From a virus, in IMG/VR virus record IMGVR_UViG_3300029114_000023, positions 1 through 37,028 of that record: a stretch of DNA of 37,028 nt. The stretch is one strand, 5' to 3'. Below the pieces are notes generated by a model. That model saw only the letters and a program-made list of their open reading frames with translations. It made no database searches and was not told the origin of the DNA. Below, piece after piece: positions 1 to 6,247 of the stretch; position 1 is the first letter of the stretch, and each line of letters opens with the position of its first letter. The position numbers and the translations under genes are program-made.

Positions 1-77
1 TTGCCGTACACCCACGCATTGCCGTACACCCGCGCATTGCCGTACACCCGCGCATCGCCGGAAACCTGTGCATCTCC
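1..77. repeat. Terminal direct repeat (identical copy at 36952-37028), circular-closure overlap
   Basis: Compared base by base: ttgccgtacacccacgcattgccg...ggaaacctgtgcatctcc occurs at both window ends. Confidence 0.95.
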
Positions 78-117
78 GTACACCCGCGCATTGCCGTACA
101 CCCACGCATTGTCGTCA
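1..117 (-). repeat. 18-bp tandem coding repeat array (second part; first part 36776-37028)
   Basis: Period-18 units (gcattgccgtacacccgc and close variants). Each encodes one hexapeptide (N/D)A(R/W/L/Q)V(Y/C/S)(G/D/S). About 16 units remain once the 77-bp overlap is removed. Confidence 0.9.
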
Positions 118-260
118 TGACCAAGGTTTGATTCCTTCTCCACATACCCGCCAAGTTCTCCGGCTTCCACATCGCCGAACTCAACAAGGGCACGGATGCG
201 GAACAGCTTTGTCCCGAACATATTTGTAATAAATTCATTTGTTAATTCAAATTTCTTCAC
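1..260 (-). CDS. 5' part of hexapeptide-repeat (beta-helix-like) early protein; continues in frame at 36951..36522 across the circular junction (about 229 aa in total)
   Basis: GTG at 260 lies 8 nt after GAAAGGG. Translation: VKKFELTNEFITNMFGTKLFRIRALVEFGDVEAGELGGYVEKESNLGHDDNAWVYGNARVYGDAQVSGDARVYGNARVYGNAW. The frame matches ORF 36522..36998. It is absent from the ORF track because it runs off the window edge. Confidence 0.75.
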   Translation of the reverse strand, partial: MKKFELTNEFITNMFGTKLFRIRALVEFGDVEAGELGGYVEKESNLGHDDNAWVYGNARVYGDAQVSGDARVYGNARVYGNAWVYG

Positions 261-290
261 TTTCTTCACCCTTTCTGTTATAATAAAAAT

Positions 291-347
291 GATTTTTTAA
301 CTATGCGTCCTAGAGGTTGCCGCCTCATTTATGGGCGCTTTTTTATT
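291..347. repeat. Copy A of a ~57-bp duplicated boundary element (copy B at 36166-36222)
   Basis: gat(t/c)ttttaactatgcg(t/c)cc(t)agaggttgccgcctcatttatgggcgct(c)tttttatt differs from copy B at about 4 positions. On the - strand it holds a nested hairpin GCGCCCA..(GAGG cggcaa CCTC)..TGGGCGC. Confidence 0.85.
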
Positions 348-523
348 CTGCAAACGTCAAAATCTTCGTGATTGCCTATACTTCCCCACGATGTGATCTG
401 ATCATGTTTTACAAGTACAACCGCGTTTGCATAATCCTGATCGTATTTCAGACACCATTCTTCAAGTAGATCTAAGATGCAGTTCATTTCTTCTTCGGCA
501 TCTTTCTTTACCTTTACATCCAT
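329..523 (-). CDS. Small acidic hypothetical protein (64 aa)
   Basis: The ORF track gives 329..535. ATG at 523 lies 8 nt after AAGGAGGTGA, and the GTG at 535 is inside that SD. Sequence MDVKVKKDAEEEMNCILDLLEEW.. matches no family I recognise. Confidence 0.6.
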   Translation of the reverse strand: MDVKVKKDAEEEMNCILDLLEEWCLKYDQDYANAVVLVKHDQITSWGSIGNHEDFDVCRIKKRP

Positions 524-534
524 TTCTTTGTTCA

Positions 535-598
535 CCTCCTTAGATTGGTCCTGCCTGCAAGATGTAAATGATCATAGCCATCACCGCGTTTAACATCA
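535..598. repeat. Copy A of a ~65-bp duplicated boundary element (copy B at 36441-36506)
   Basis: cctcct..gat(t/c)ggtcctgcctgca(a/g)gatgtaaatgatca(t/c)agccatcaccgc(g/a)tttaacatca. It differs from copy B by 4 substitutions plus a 2-nt indel. Confidence 0.85.
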
Positions 599-755
599 TG
601 CTGGCAACCGTTACTGCGATCAGACCTCTTGCAGCGCTGTCTCTTTCTTTTCTTTTGTGCTGAATTTTCTCCTGCTTGTGATCCTCTTCCGGAAAATTTC
701 TCCGCTCGATCGGGATCAGTTCCAGCTTCCGTACCGCAGGTAATTGTTTTTCCAT
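540..755 (-). CDS. Small C-terminally membrane-anchored protein (71 aa)
   Basis: ATG at 755 follows AGAGGAAGGA. A charged N-terminus (KQEKIQHKRKERD) is followed by one hydrophobic helix, GLIAVTVASMMLNAVMAMIIYIL. The longer 540..830 ORF overlaps the upstream gene and is not supported. Confidence 0.6.
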   Translation of the reverse strand: MEKQLPAVRKLELIPIERRNFPEEDHKQEKIQHKRKERDSAARGLIAVTVASMMLNAVMAMIIYILQAGPI

Positions 756-769
756 GCTTGTCCTTCCTC

Positions 770-1015
770 TTACAATAAAATTTTTGCCCGCTCCTCTGCC
801 GGCACTTCTAAAACGTCCAGGATACCCCATAACACTTCCAATTTCATCTCTCCCTGATTCTTACTTACTTTCACATTAAAAGTAGAACGTGGCATATTGA
901 TCTTTTTTGCGAGATCACTTTTTGTGATGTGTTTCCGCTTTCGGTATATGTCGATAATCTCGTCTACTGTACGTTCTCTTTTCTGCTGCCTTGTAAGAAA
1001 TTCTACTTTCGGCAT
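770..1015 (-). CDS. Helix-turn-helix DNA-binding protein (81 aa) of the early operon
   Basis: RBS GAGGAGGTGG precedes ATG 1015. ITKSDLAKKINMPRSTFNVKVSK reads as an HTH. Confidence 0.6.
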   Translation of the reverse strand: MPKVEFLTRQQKRERTVDEIIDIYRKRKHITKSDLAKKINMPRSTFNVKVSKNQGEMKLEVLWGILDVLEVPAEERAKILL

Positions 1016-1073
1016 TTAATCCACCTCCTCTTCTGGTTCAAAGTCCTTTTTATCGGACACCTTTCCTATTACA

Positions 1074-1259
1074 CTACTCTAGGAAGTACTCAATAGATAC
1101 TCCGAAGTAGTCGGCGAGGATTTTGAGTTTGTCAGTTTTTACGTTACTCCGTCCGCGTTTCCAATCAGATAAAACTGATTGAGGTATTCCTGTATCTTTT
1201 GATACCTGATACGCTGTCTTGTTGGTTTTATCCAATAATTCAGCAAATTTTTCGTACAC
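1074..1259 (-). CDS. Cro-like XRE-family HTH regulator (61 aa)
   Basis: GTG start. TAYQVSKDTGIPQSVLSDWKRGRSNVKTDKLKILADYFGVSIEYFLE is a canonical XRE HTH. It is paralogous to the N-terminus of the oppositely oriented repressor 1473..1889. Confidence 0.8.
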   Translation of the reverse strand: MYEKFAELLDKTNKTAYQVSKDTGIPQSVLSDWKRGRSNVKTDKLKILADYFGVSIEYFLE

Positions 1260-1288
1260 TTTTGCACCGCCTTTCCGTATATAAACAG

Positions 1289-1317
1289 TTGTAATTACTA
1301 CGGAAATGTGATAGTAT
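1289..1317 (+). promoter_or_regulatory. Candidate sigma-70-type promoter for the rightward lysogeny unit
   Basis: TTGTAA (1289-1294), 17 nt, TAGTAT (1312-1317). Operator half 1296-1309 fills the spacer. Confidence 0.4.
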
Positions 1318-1351
1318 TTACTTGTCAGATAAATTCAACATTTCCGTAGTA
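1296..1351. promoter_or_regulatory. Operator pair: 14-bp inverted repeat TACTACGGAAATGT / ACATTTCCGTAGTA (1296-1309 and 1338-1351); extra half-site TTTCCGTA at 1272-1279
   Basis: Exact reverse-complement match read directly in the repressor/cro intergenic region. Confidence 0.7.
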
Positions 1352-1387
1352 TGCATTTGGATTATCGGTTTTCCTTTGCATGCTTAT

Positions 1388-1416
1388 ACTATACTATGCA
1401 TTTTCGATAATGTCAA
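1388..1416 (-). promoter_or_regulatory. Candidate strong sigma-70-type promoter for the leftward early operon
   Basis: On the - strand: TTGACA (1416-1411), 17 nt, TATAGT (1393-1388). TTATCGG-type motifs bracket it at 1362-1368, 1405-1410 (inverted) and 1425-1430. Confidence 0.5.
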
Positions 1417-1472
1417 TTAAATGCTATCGGTTTTTCATAGTATTGCCCATGTTTGTGAAAGGTGGACAAAAA

Positions 1473-1889
1473 ATGTATGAGATTTTTGAGCAATTACTAC
1501 AAAAGTATGGTGTTAGTGCATACAAAGTAGCAAAGGCGACAGGAGTGACACAGTCCACTCTAAGCGACTGGAAACGCGGAAGGAGTACGCCTAAATCAGA
1601 AAATATGAAAAAACTTGCAGATTACTTCGGCGTTTCGATTGACTATCTTATGACAGGAAAGGAGGAAACTGAAAAAGAGCCAAAGCTTAAACCTAAAGAC
1701 GAAAAAGACATAAAAGAGATTCTCGCCAACACTGAGCAACTTCTTAAGCAGGATGGGCTCATGTTTGACGGTGATCCGGCATCACCAGAGGCGATTGAGT
1801 CTATTCTGTCAGCTATGCAGATTGGCATGGAAATGGCGAAGAAAAAGAACAAGGAGAAATACACTCCGAAAAAGTATAAAAAGGATTGA
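1473..1889 (+). CDS. XRE-family phage repressor (CI/ImmR-like, 138 aa)
   Basis: ATG 1473 follows GAAAGGTGG. The N-terminal HTH is SAYKVAKATGVTQSTLSDWKRGRSTPKSENMKKLADYFGVSIDYL. An ImmA-type protease gene follows directly. Confidence 0.85.
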   Translation: MYEIFEQLLQKYGVSAYKVAKATGVTQSTLSDWKRGRSTPKSENMKKLADYFGVSIDYLMTGKEETEKEPKLKPKDEKDIKEILANTEQLLKQDGLMFDGDPASPEAIESILSAMQIGMEMAKKKNKEKYTPKKYKKD

Positions 1890-1893
1890 TGTT

Positions 1894-2325
1894 ATGAATA
1901 TTAAACGGCTGGTGGATTCTCTGGTCAGAAAGTACAAATCACGGAATCCCTTTGAGATAATCGAGCATCTCAATGTAATAGTTGTCTTTTATCCCTTACA
2001 CGGGGTAAAAGGATTTTATCAGTACTTTCAGCGTAACAATATCATCTATATTGATGAATCATTATCCGACAAAGAGAAACTGTTTGTTTGCGGGCATGAG
2101 CTGGGTCACATGTTCTTGCACAAGAAAGCGAATGCAATCTTCATGGACTCTCGGACGCAACTCAATACTACTAAGTACGAAATAGAGGCAGATCGATTTG
2201 CGATGAATCTATTGCTTTCCGATGCAGATATAGAGGAGCATTTAGATTTTTCTACAACACAGTTCTCACGGCTATTCGGGTACAATAAGAAGCTAATAGA
2301 ATTACGGCTGAAAGATTTTAATTAA
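1894..2325 (+). CDS. ImmA/IrrE-family zinc metallopeptidase (143 aa)
   Basis: HEXXH motif within CGHELGHMFLH, with EIEADRFAMNLL downstream. It starts 4 nt after the repressor stop. Confidence 0.85.
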   Translation: MNIKRLVDSLVRKYKSRNPFEIIEHLNVIVVFYPLHGVKGFYQYFQRNNIIYIDESLSDKEKLFVCGHELGHMFLHKKANAIFMDSRTQLNTTKYEIEADRFAMNLLLSDADIEEHLDFSTTQFSRLFGYNKKLIELRLKDFN

Positions 2326-2370
2326 TGTGGTGTTTTCTCGGAACAAATACAAGAGAAGAAAGGGAAACTT

Positions 2371-3681
2371 ATGGGATTCACAGATATATTTAAAGGAAAA
2401 CAGTATAAATCTGAGTTGGATACGCTGCAACAAAAATATGAAGATTTACAATCATTATTAACCCCGGAAATGCAAAATGCTTTTGCTTTACAAAACAAAA
2501 TCAGAGATTTAGACTCTATTATCCAGCAACGCAACCAGACAATTTCAGATTGTGATAACACTATAATCTCCAAAAATGCACAACTTGAAGACATTGAAAG
2601 ACATATCTCTGACAGGAAAACAGAACTTGTTTCCGTGGATGAAGAGATATTGGTTCAGGAATTCGGACTATATAAACCGCATTATGATTTCGCAAATGCA
2701 CTGGAGTATAAAGAAAAGCTATCCGAAATAAGGGCAAAGCAAAAAGCGATGATAAAGAATAAAACTGCTGTATCTGGCTTTACTTCATGGCAGGTTAATG
2801 GTAGTGCTTCGAAAGGAAAGAAAATGGTTTCCGACACACAAAAATTATTATTACGAGCGTTTAACAATGAATGTGATGAAGTTGTCGGGAAAGTAAAATA
2901 TACTAACTTTGATGCTTCTTTAAACCGGATAAATAAATCTGCGGAAACCATTTCCAAACTTGGTACAATAATGGGAATATCCATAAATCGCCCGTATCTG
3001 AATTTGAAGATTGAAGAGCTGAAACTAGCGTTTGAGTACCAGCAAAAGAAACAGGAAGAAAAGGAAGCTCAGAAAGCCGCTCGCGCCGAAATGCGGGAAG
3101 CTGCAAAACTTCAAAAAGAAATCGAAGCTCAACGAAAGAAAATAGAGAAAGAACAGACACACTATCAAACGGCCTATGAAAAATTGTTAAAACAATTAGA
3201 ATCCTCACCTGACGATGCTGATTTAATTCAGAAGAAATCCGAACTCGAAACTCAGCTTCAGGATATAGATAAAGCTATGAAAGATATTGATTACAGAGAA
3301 GCAAACCAGCGCGCTGGATATGTATATATAATTTCAAACATCGGCGCTTTTGGCGAGAATGTATACAAAATAGGTATGACGCGCCGTCTTGATCCACAAG
3401 ACCGAGTTGATGAACTTGGTGACGCATCCGTGCCATTCAACTTTGATGTACATGCTATGATATTCTCTGATGATGCGCCAGCTCTCGAAGCTGCGTTACA
3501 TAAAGCGTTTGAGGATAGAAAGCTTAACATGGTTAATACAAGACGAGAGTTCTTCAATGTTACATTAGACGAAATAAAAGAGGTTGTTAAAAAGAATTTT
3601 GACAAAACAGTAGAGTTCATCGATGTGGCTGATGCCGAGCAATATCGCATCAGCCAAAAAATGAAACATCAAAGTAAATAA
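2371..3681 (+). CDS. DUF4041-like coiled-coil protein with C-terminal T5orf172/MUG113 (GIY-YIG-superfamily) domain, 436 aa
   Basis: RBS GAAAGGGAAA. Central block LVQEFGLYKPHYDF..LLLRAFNNECDEVVGKVKY. A KE-rich coiled coil follows. C-terminal block GYVYIISNIGAFGENVYKIGMTRRLDPQDRVDELGDASVPFNFDVHAMIFSDDAPALEAALHKAF. Confidence 0.75.
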   Translation: MGFTDIFKGKQYKSELDTLQQKYEDLQSLLTPEMQNAFALQNKIRDLDSIIQQRNQTISDCDNTIISKNAQLEDIERHISDRKTELVSVDEEILVQEFGLYKPHYDFANALEYKEKLSEIRAKQKAMIKNKTAVSGFTSWQVNGSASKGKKMVSDTQKLLLRAFNNECDEVVGKVKYTNFDASLNRINKSAETISKLGTIMGISINRPYLNLKIEELKLAFEYQQKKQEEKEAQKAARAEMREAAKLQKEIEAQRKKIEKEQTHYQTAYEKLLKQLESSPDDADLIQKKSELETQLQDIDKAMKDIDYREANQRAGYVYIISNIGAFGENVYKIGMTRRLDPQDRVDELGDASVPFNFDVHAMIFSDDAPALEAALHKAFEDRKLNMVNTRREFFNVTLDEIKEVVKKNFDKTVEFIDVADAEQYRISQKMKHQSK

Positions 3682-3685
3682 AAAA

Positions 3686-3714
3686 CCGCCCCGGTGCTAC
3701 CAACACCGAGACGG
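3686..3714. terminator. Hairpin just after the 2371..3681 stop; the T-tract is on the - strand only
   Basis: CCGCCCCGGTG ctaccaa CACCGAGACGG (imperfect stem). On the + strand it is preceded by AAAAAA, which becomes TTTTTT after the hairpin on the - strand. Confidence 0.4.
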
Positions 3715-3845
3715 TAACGCTCTCCGAAGAGATGCTATATCTTGACCAATAATATTGTATCATCTTCGGAACAGTCACGCAAGCCGGAACACTCGTTCCA
3801 TGCTGGCTGTTATTTTTATACCGAAAAAGAAAGGAAGATGATTTT

Positions 3846-4928
3846 ATGGCAACAGCAAAAAAATTACCATCAGGGTCATGGAGATGCCTAGTCTATTCCC
3901 ATACGGAGAATATTCGTCAGAAAGATGGTACTGTGAAGAAAAAGCGCATATACGAATCTTTTACCTGTGACGACCCAACAGCTAGAGGAAAGCGAAAATG
4001 TGAGCAGATAGCGGCTGAATGGGCGGCTAATAAAGATGCCGGAGTCACCGTGGAAAATATTACGCTAGGAGTTGCCTACGACCGATATATCGAGAGCAAA
4101 AATAAGACATTGTCTCCTGCTACAATCAGAGAATATAAACGGCAGCGTGAACGCAATCTCCCTACACTTATGCCATTAAAACTAAAAGATATCACCTGTG
4201 ACATGATCCAAATTGCAATAAATGAGGAGGCTTCCGGAAAATCTCCAAAAACCGTTAGGAATATCCACGGATTACTGTCGGCTGTTTTAGGTGTGTGTCG
4301 CCCAGACTTACAGCTTAATACTACTCTCCCTAAAAAAGTACGCCCCGAGCTGTATATTCCGTCTGATGAAGAAATAAAGAAACTGATAGAGTATGTAAAA
4401 AATGATGAGATGGAGATTCCTATCCTCCTTGCCGCATTCGGACCTATGAGGCGCGGTGAGATATGCGCTCTAGATTCATCTGATATAAAAGATGGGGTTG
4501 TCCATGTAAGTAAATCGATGGTTTTGGATTCTGAGCGTAATTGGGTAATAAAATCCCCGAAATCCTATTCAGGAGACAGGTATATCAGATTTCCGGATTT
4601 CGTCTTAAGTAAATTAAGCAAAAACGGACGAATAACAAGCCTAAACCCTTCCATGATCACGGATCGGTTTCGGGATATTCTGAAACGTACCGGCATACCT
4701 CATTTCCGTTTTCATGATCTTAGGCACTACTGCGCAAGCGTCCAACACGCGATAGGCATACCTGATGCGTATATTATGCAACGTGGAGGATGGGGAAGTG
4801 ACAGAGTTTTGAAAGAAGTTTACAGACATGCAATGGTAGACAAAACAAGTGATATGGATGCAAGGGCAAACGATTATTTTGAAAATATGCAACACGGTAT
4901 GCAACACGAAATTAAAAAAGCCCAGTAA
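3846..4928 (+). CDS. int: Tyrosine recombinase / phage integrase (360 aa)
   Basis: RBS AAAGGAAG. C-terminal catalytic region HFRFHDLRHYCAS ... GGWGSDRVLKEVYRH. attP lies immediately downstream. Confidence 0.9.
   Translation: MATAKKLPSGSWRCLVYSHTENIRQKDGTVKKKRIYESFTCDDPTARGKRKCEQIAAEWAANKDAGVTVENITLGVAYDRYIESKNKTLSPATIREYKRQRERNLPTLMPLKLKDITCDMIQIAINEEASGKSPKTVRNIHGLLSAVLGVCRPDLQLNTTLPKKVRPELYIPSDEEIKKLIEYVKNDEMEIPILLAAFGPMRRGEICALDSSDIKDGVVHVSKSMVLDSERNWVIKSPKSYSGDRYIRFPDFVLSKLSKNGRITSLNPSMITDRFRDILKRTGIPHFRFHDLRHYCASVQHAIGIPDAYIMQRGGWGSDRVLKEVYRHAMVDKTSDMDARANDYFENMQHGMQHEIKKAQ
4887..4907 (+). repeat. Two direct ATGCAACAC repeats in 12-bp phase (candidate integrase arm-type sites) inside the int 3' end
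   Basis: ATGCAACACggtATGCAACAC. The same 9-mer pair with the same spacing recurs at 5102-5122. Confidence 0.6.
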
Positions 4929-4944
4929 AACTAGGCTTTTGTAC

Positions 4945-4968
4945 TGCGGATGACAGGAATCGAACCCG
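4945..4968 (-). other. attP core: 3' fragment of a tRNA gene (T-loop, T-stem 3' strand, acceptor 3' strand)
   Basis: The - strand reads CGGGTTCGATTCCTGTCATCCGCA: T-loop TTCGATT, then CCTGT, then acceptor strand CATCCGC plus A. No matching 5' half, D arm or anticodon arm is nearby. Confidence 0.6.
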
Positions 4969-5101
4969 ATTCGATATTGTATAGTGTGATATCTATTTGA
5001 GTAACAGGCTATACAAATGCCCATTTTATAAGGTTTTTTCAGTGTCCCTTACCTATGCTTTGTATATTGTTTTATTCAGTTTTACAACATTTTGTAGAAC
5101 T

Positions 5102-5122
5102 ATGCAACACGAAATGCAACAC
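5102..5122 (+). repeat. Second pair of direct ATGCAACAC repeats (candidate arm-type sites, other attP arm), followed by an A10 run
   Basis: ATGCAACACgaaATGCAACAC then aaaaaaaaaa (5125-5134). Confidence 0.6.
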
Positions 5123-5156
5123 AAAAAAAAAACAACAAAGATGATGCAATATTTCA

Positions 5157-5178
5157 CCCCGGAGCTGATCCTCCGGGG
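5157..5178 (-). terminator. Stem-loop just downstream of the endolysin gene (end of the late programme)
   Basis: Perfect 8-bp stem CCCCGGAG ctgatc CTCCGGGG, 8 nt beyond the endolysin stop. The T-tract is weak on both strands. Confidence 0.5.
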
Positions 5179-5185
5179 AATGTTT

Positions 5186-6160
5186 TTAGTATAGTTGAAA
5201 TTTGTCAAACGCAACGCCGAAACATCCGGCATATCCGTCCTGACCCTTTCCCACTTCGTTATCGAACTGCCACGGATAGTAACCGCCGCCGATCGGAGCA
5301 ACTCTGTACTGTGCTTTTTGATAACCGTATTTTGCAACAATGTCCGCCGGAGTATCGTAATATACCTCTACGGCATCGATCACAGCTCCCGGATATCCAG
5401 CATAGCCGTTGTTTGCATCAGACCAGTTACATCCGGTTACGTAAGGTAACCATCCCTTGCCCTTTACATGGACGCGGTATTTTACAGTACCTTTATTAAC
5501 CTTTATCGCGATACCGGCGATTGTACGACCCGGAAGTCCTGCAAAATCAGACAGGTTATTCACAAAGGGCAGGATTGTTCCGTCGGTCAACATAACGCCA
5601 TAAGTAAACACAATGCCGGGATCGCCGGATGCTGCACTGCTTCCGCCTCCACTGACAACCGGAACATCCGGCAGCTTGTCCATTCCCATATACTCACGGA
5701 TTTTATTAATAAAATATGTTTTACAGCCAGATGTGCCCCCATGAATCTCTACAGATCTGTGCGGGCACGCTGTCGCGAATACCTCCTTGTGCAGCCGGAT
5801 TGTATTCGTGTTTGGAACGATACCGTACTGCTTACACTTCTGCGCCGCCAGCTTCAACGCATTCTCTTCATTTTTCTTAAAGATTTCCAAATCCCCCATA
5901 CTCTGACAGACCTCGATCGAATAATAGTTCCGGTTTCCGTCTGTCTGCCCGCAGTGCCATGCTGCGTAGGCATCATCTTCCGCATACAAGATCCCGTCAC
6001 TAGCTACATAGGCATGCGCAAATCCATTTTCCAGCGGATGCGTTTGCAGCCATTTTTTGTAAAACGCTGCGTTTGCATTTTGTGATCCTGCATCGTTGTG
6101 AATAAAAATTCCTCTCGGATTTCCACCTCTAAGTCCTGCTACTCCTCTACAAATACTCAT
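5186..6160 (-). CDS. Endolysin: N-acetylmuramoyl-L-alanine amidase (type-2 amidase/PGRP-like) with C-terminal wall-binding region, 324 aa
   Basis: IFIHNDAGSQNANAAFY, AHAYVASDG, AWHCG..NRNYYSIEVCQS and ACPHRS are typical amidase_2 blocks. RBS GAAAGGAGAAG. Confidence 0.85.
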   Translation of the reverse strand: MSICRGVAGLRGGNPRGIFIHNDAGSQNANAAFYKKWLQTHPLENGFAHAYVASDGILYAEDDAYAAWHCGQTDGNRNYYSIEVCQSMGDLEIFKKNEENALKLAAQKCKQYGIVPNTNTIRLHKEVFATACPHRSVEIHGGTSGCKTYFINKIREYMGMDKLPDVPVVSGGGSSAASGDPGIVFTYGVMLTDGTILPFVNNLSDFAGLPGRTIAGIAIKVNKGTVKYRVHVKGKGWLPYVTGCNWSDANNGYAGYPGAVIDAVEVYYDTPADIVAKYGYQKAQYRVAPIGGGYYPWQFDNEVGKGQDGYAGCFGVAFDKFQLY

Positions 6161-6183
6161 GTTCTTCTCCTTTCTTCCGGCAT

Positions 6184-6197
6184 TTGCACCGGTGCAA
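6184..6197. promoter_or_regulatory. Perfect 14-bp palindrome TTGCACCGGTGCAA between the upstream terminator and the endolysin RBS
   Basis: Read directly. It is its own reverse complement. Confidence 0.4.
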
Positions 6198-6217
6198 AAA
6201 ATATTTTTTGTATAAAA

Positions 6218-6247
6218 AGAACACCTACCATTTCTGATAGATGTTCT
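6218..6247 (-). terminator. Intrinsic terminator ending the antirepressor unit
   Basis: The - strand reads AGAACATCTA tcagaaatgg TAGGTGTTCT (10-bp stem with one G-U pair), followed by TTTTTATAC. Confidence 0.6.

Noticed and set aside
1-77. Terminal repeats as prophage attL/attR or as phage DTRs
   Set aside because: The repeat lies inside a coding tandem array, and the real attP (tRNA fragment plus arm repeats next to int) is internal at 4887-5122. The identity is best explained as a circular-assembly overlap.
540-830. Long N-terminal extensions given by the ORF track (540..830, 1380..1889, 1753..2325, 6256..6657, 6593..7453, 16355..17158, 17671..18198, 30254..30544)
   Set aside because: In each case the extension overlaps the preceding gene or an intergenic control region. 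An internal start with a good SD lies immediately after the upstream stop codon.
3715-3845. Long imperfect hairpin (CCGAAGA...TCTTCGG, about 3722-3768) and TTGACC hexamer as the int promoter or terminator
   Set aside because: The stem is interrupted, no T-tract follows it, and no acceptable -10 hexamer lies 16-18 nt from TTGACC. The sequence does not support a specific call.
4931-5000. A tRNA gene downstream of int
   Set aside because: Only the last about 24 nt of a tRNA (T-loop to acceptor end) are present. The 5' T-stem strand does not pair (TCGGG vs CCTGT), and no anticodon arm, D arm or 5' acceptor strand exists. It is an attP core, not a gene.
4997-5194. 65-aa + strand ORF containing MQHEMQHK
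   Set aside because: It lies entirely in the attP arm. Its MQHEMQH peptide is just the translation of the ATGCAACAC repeats. There is no SD, and it runs through the endolysin terminator.
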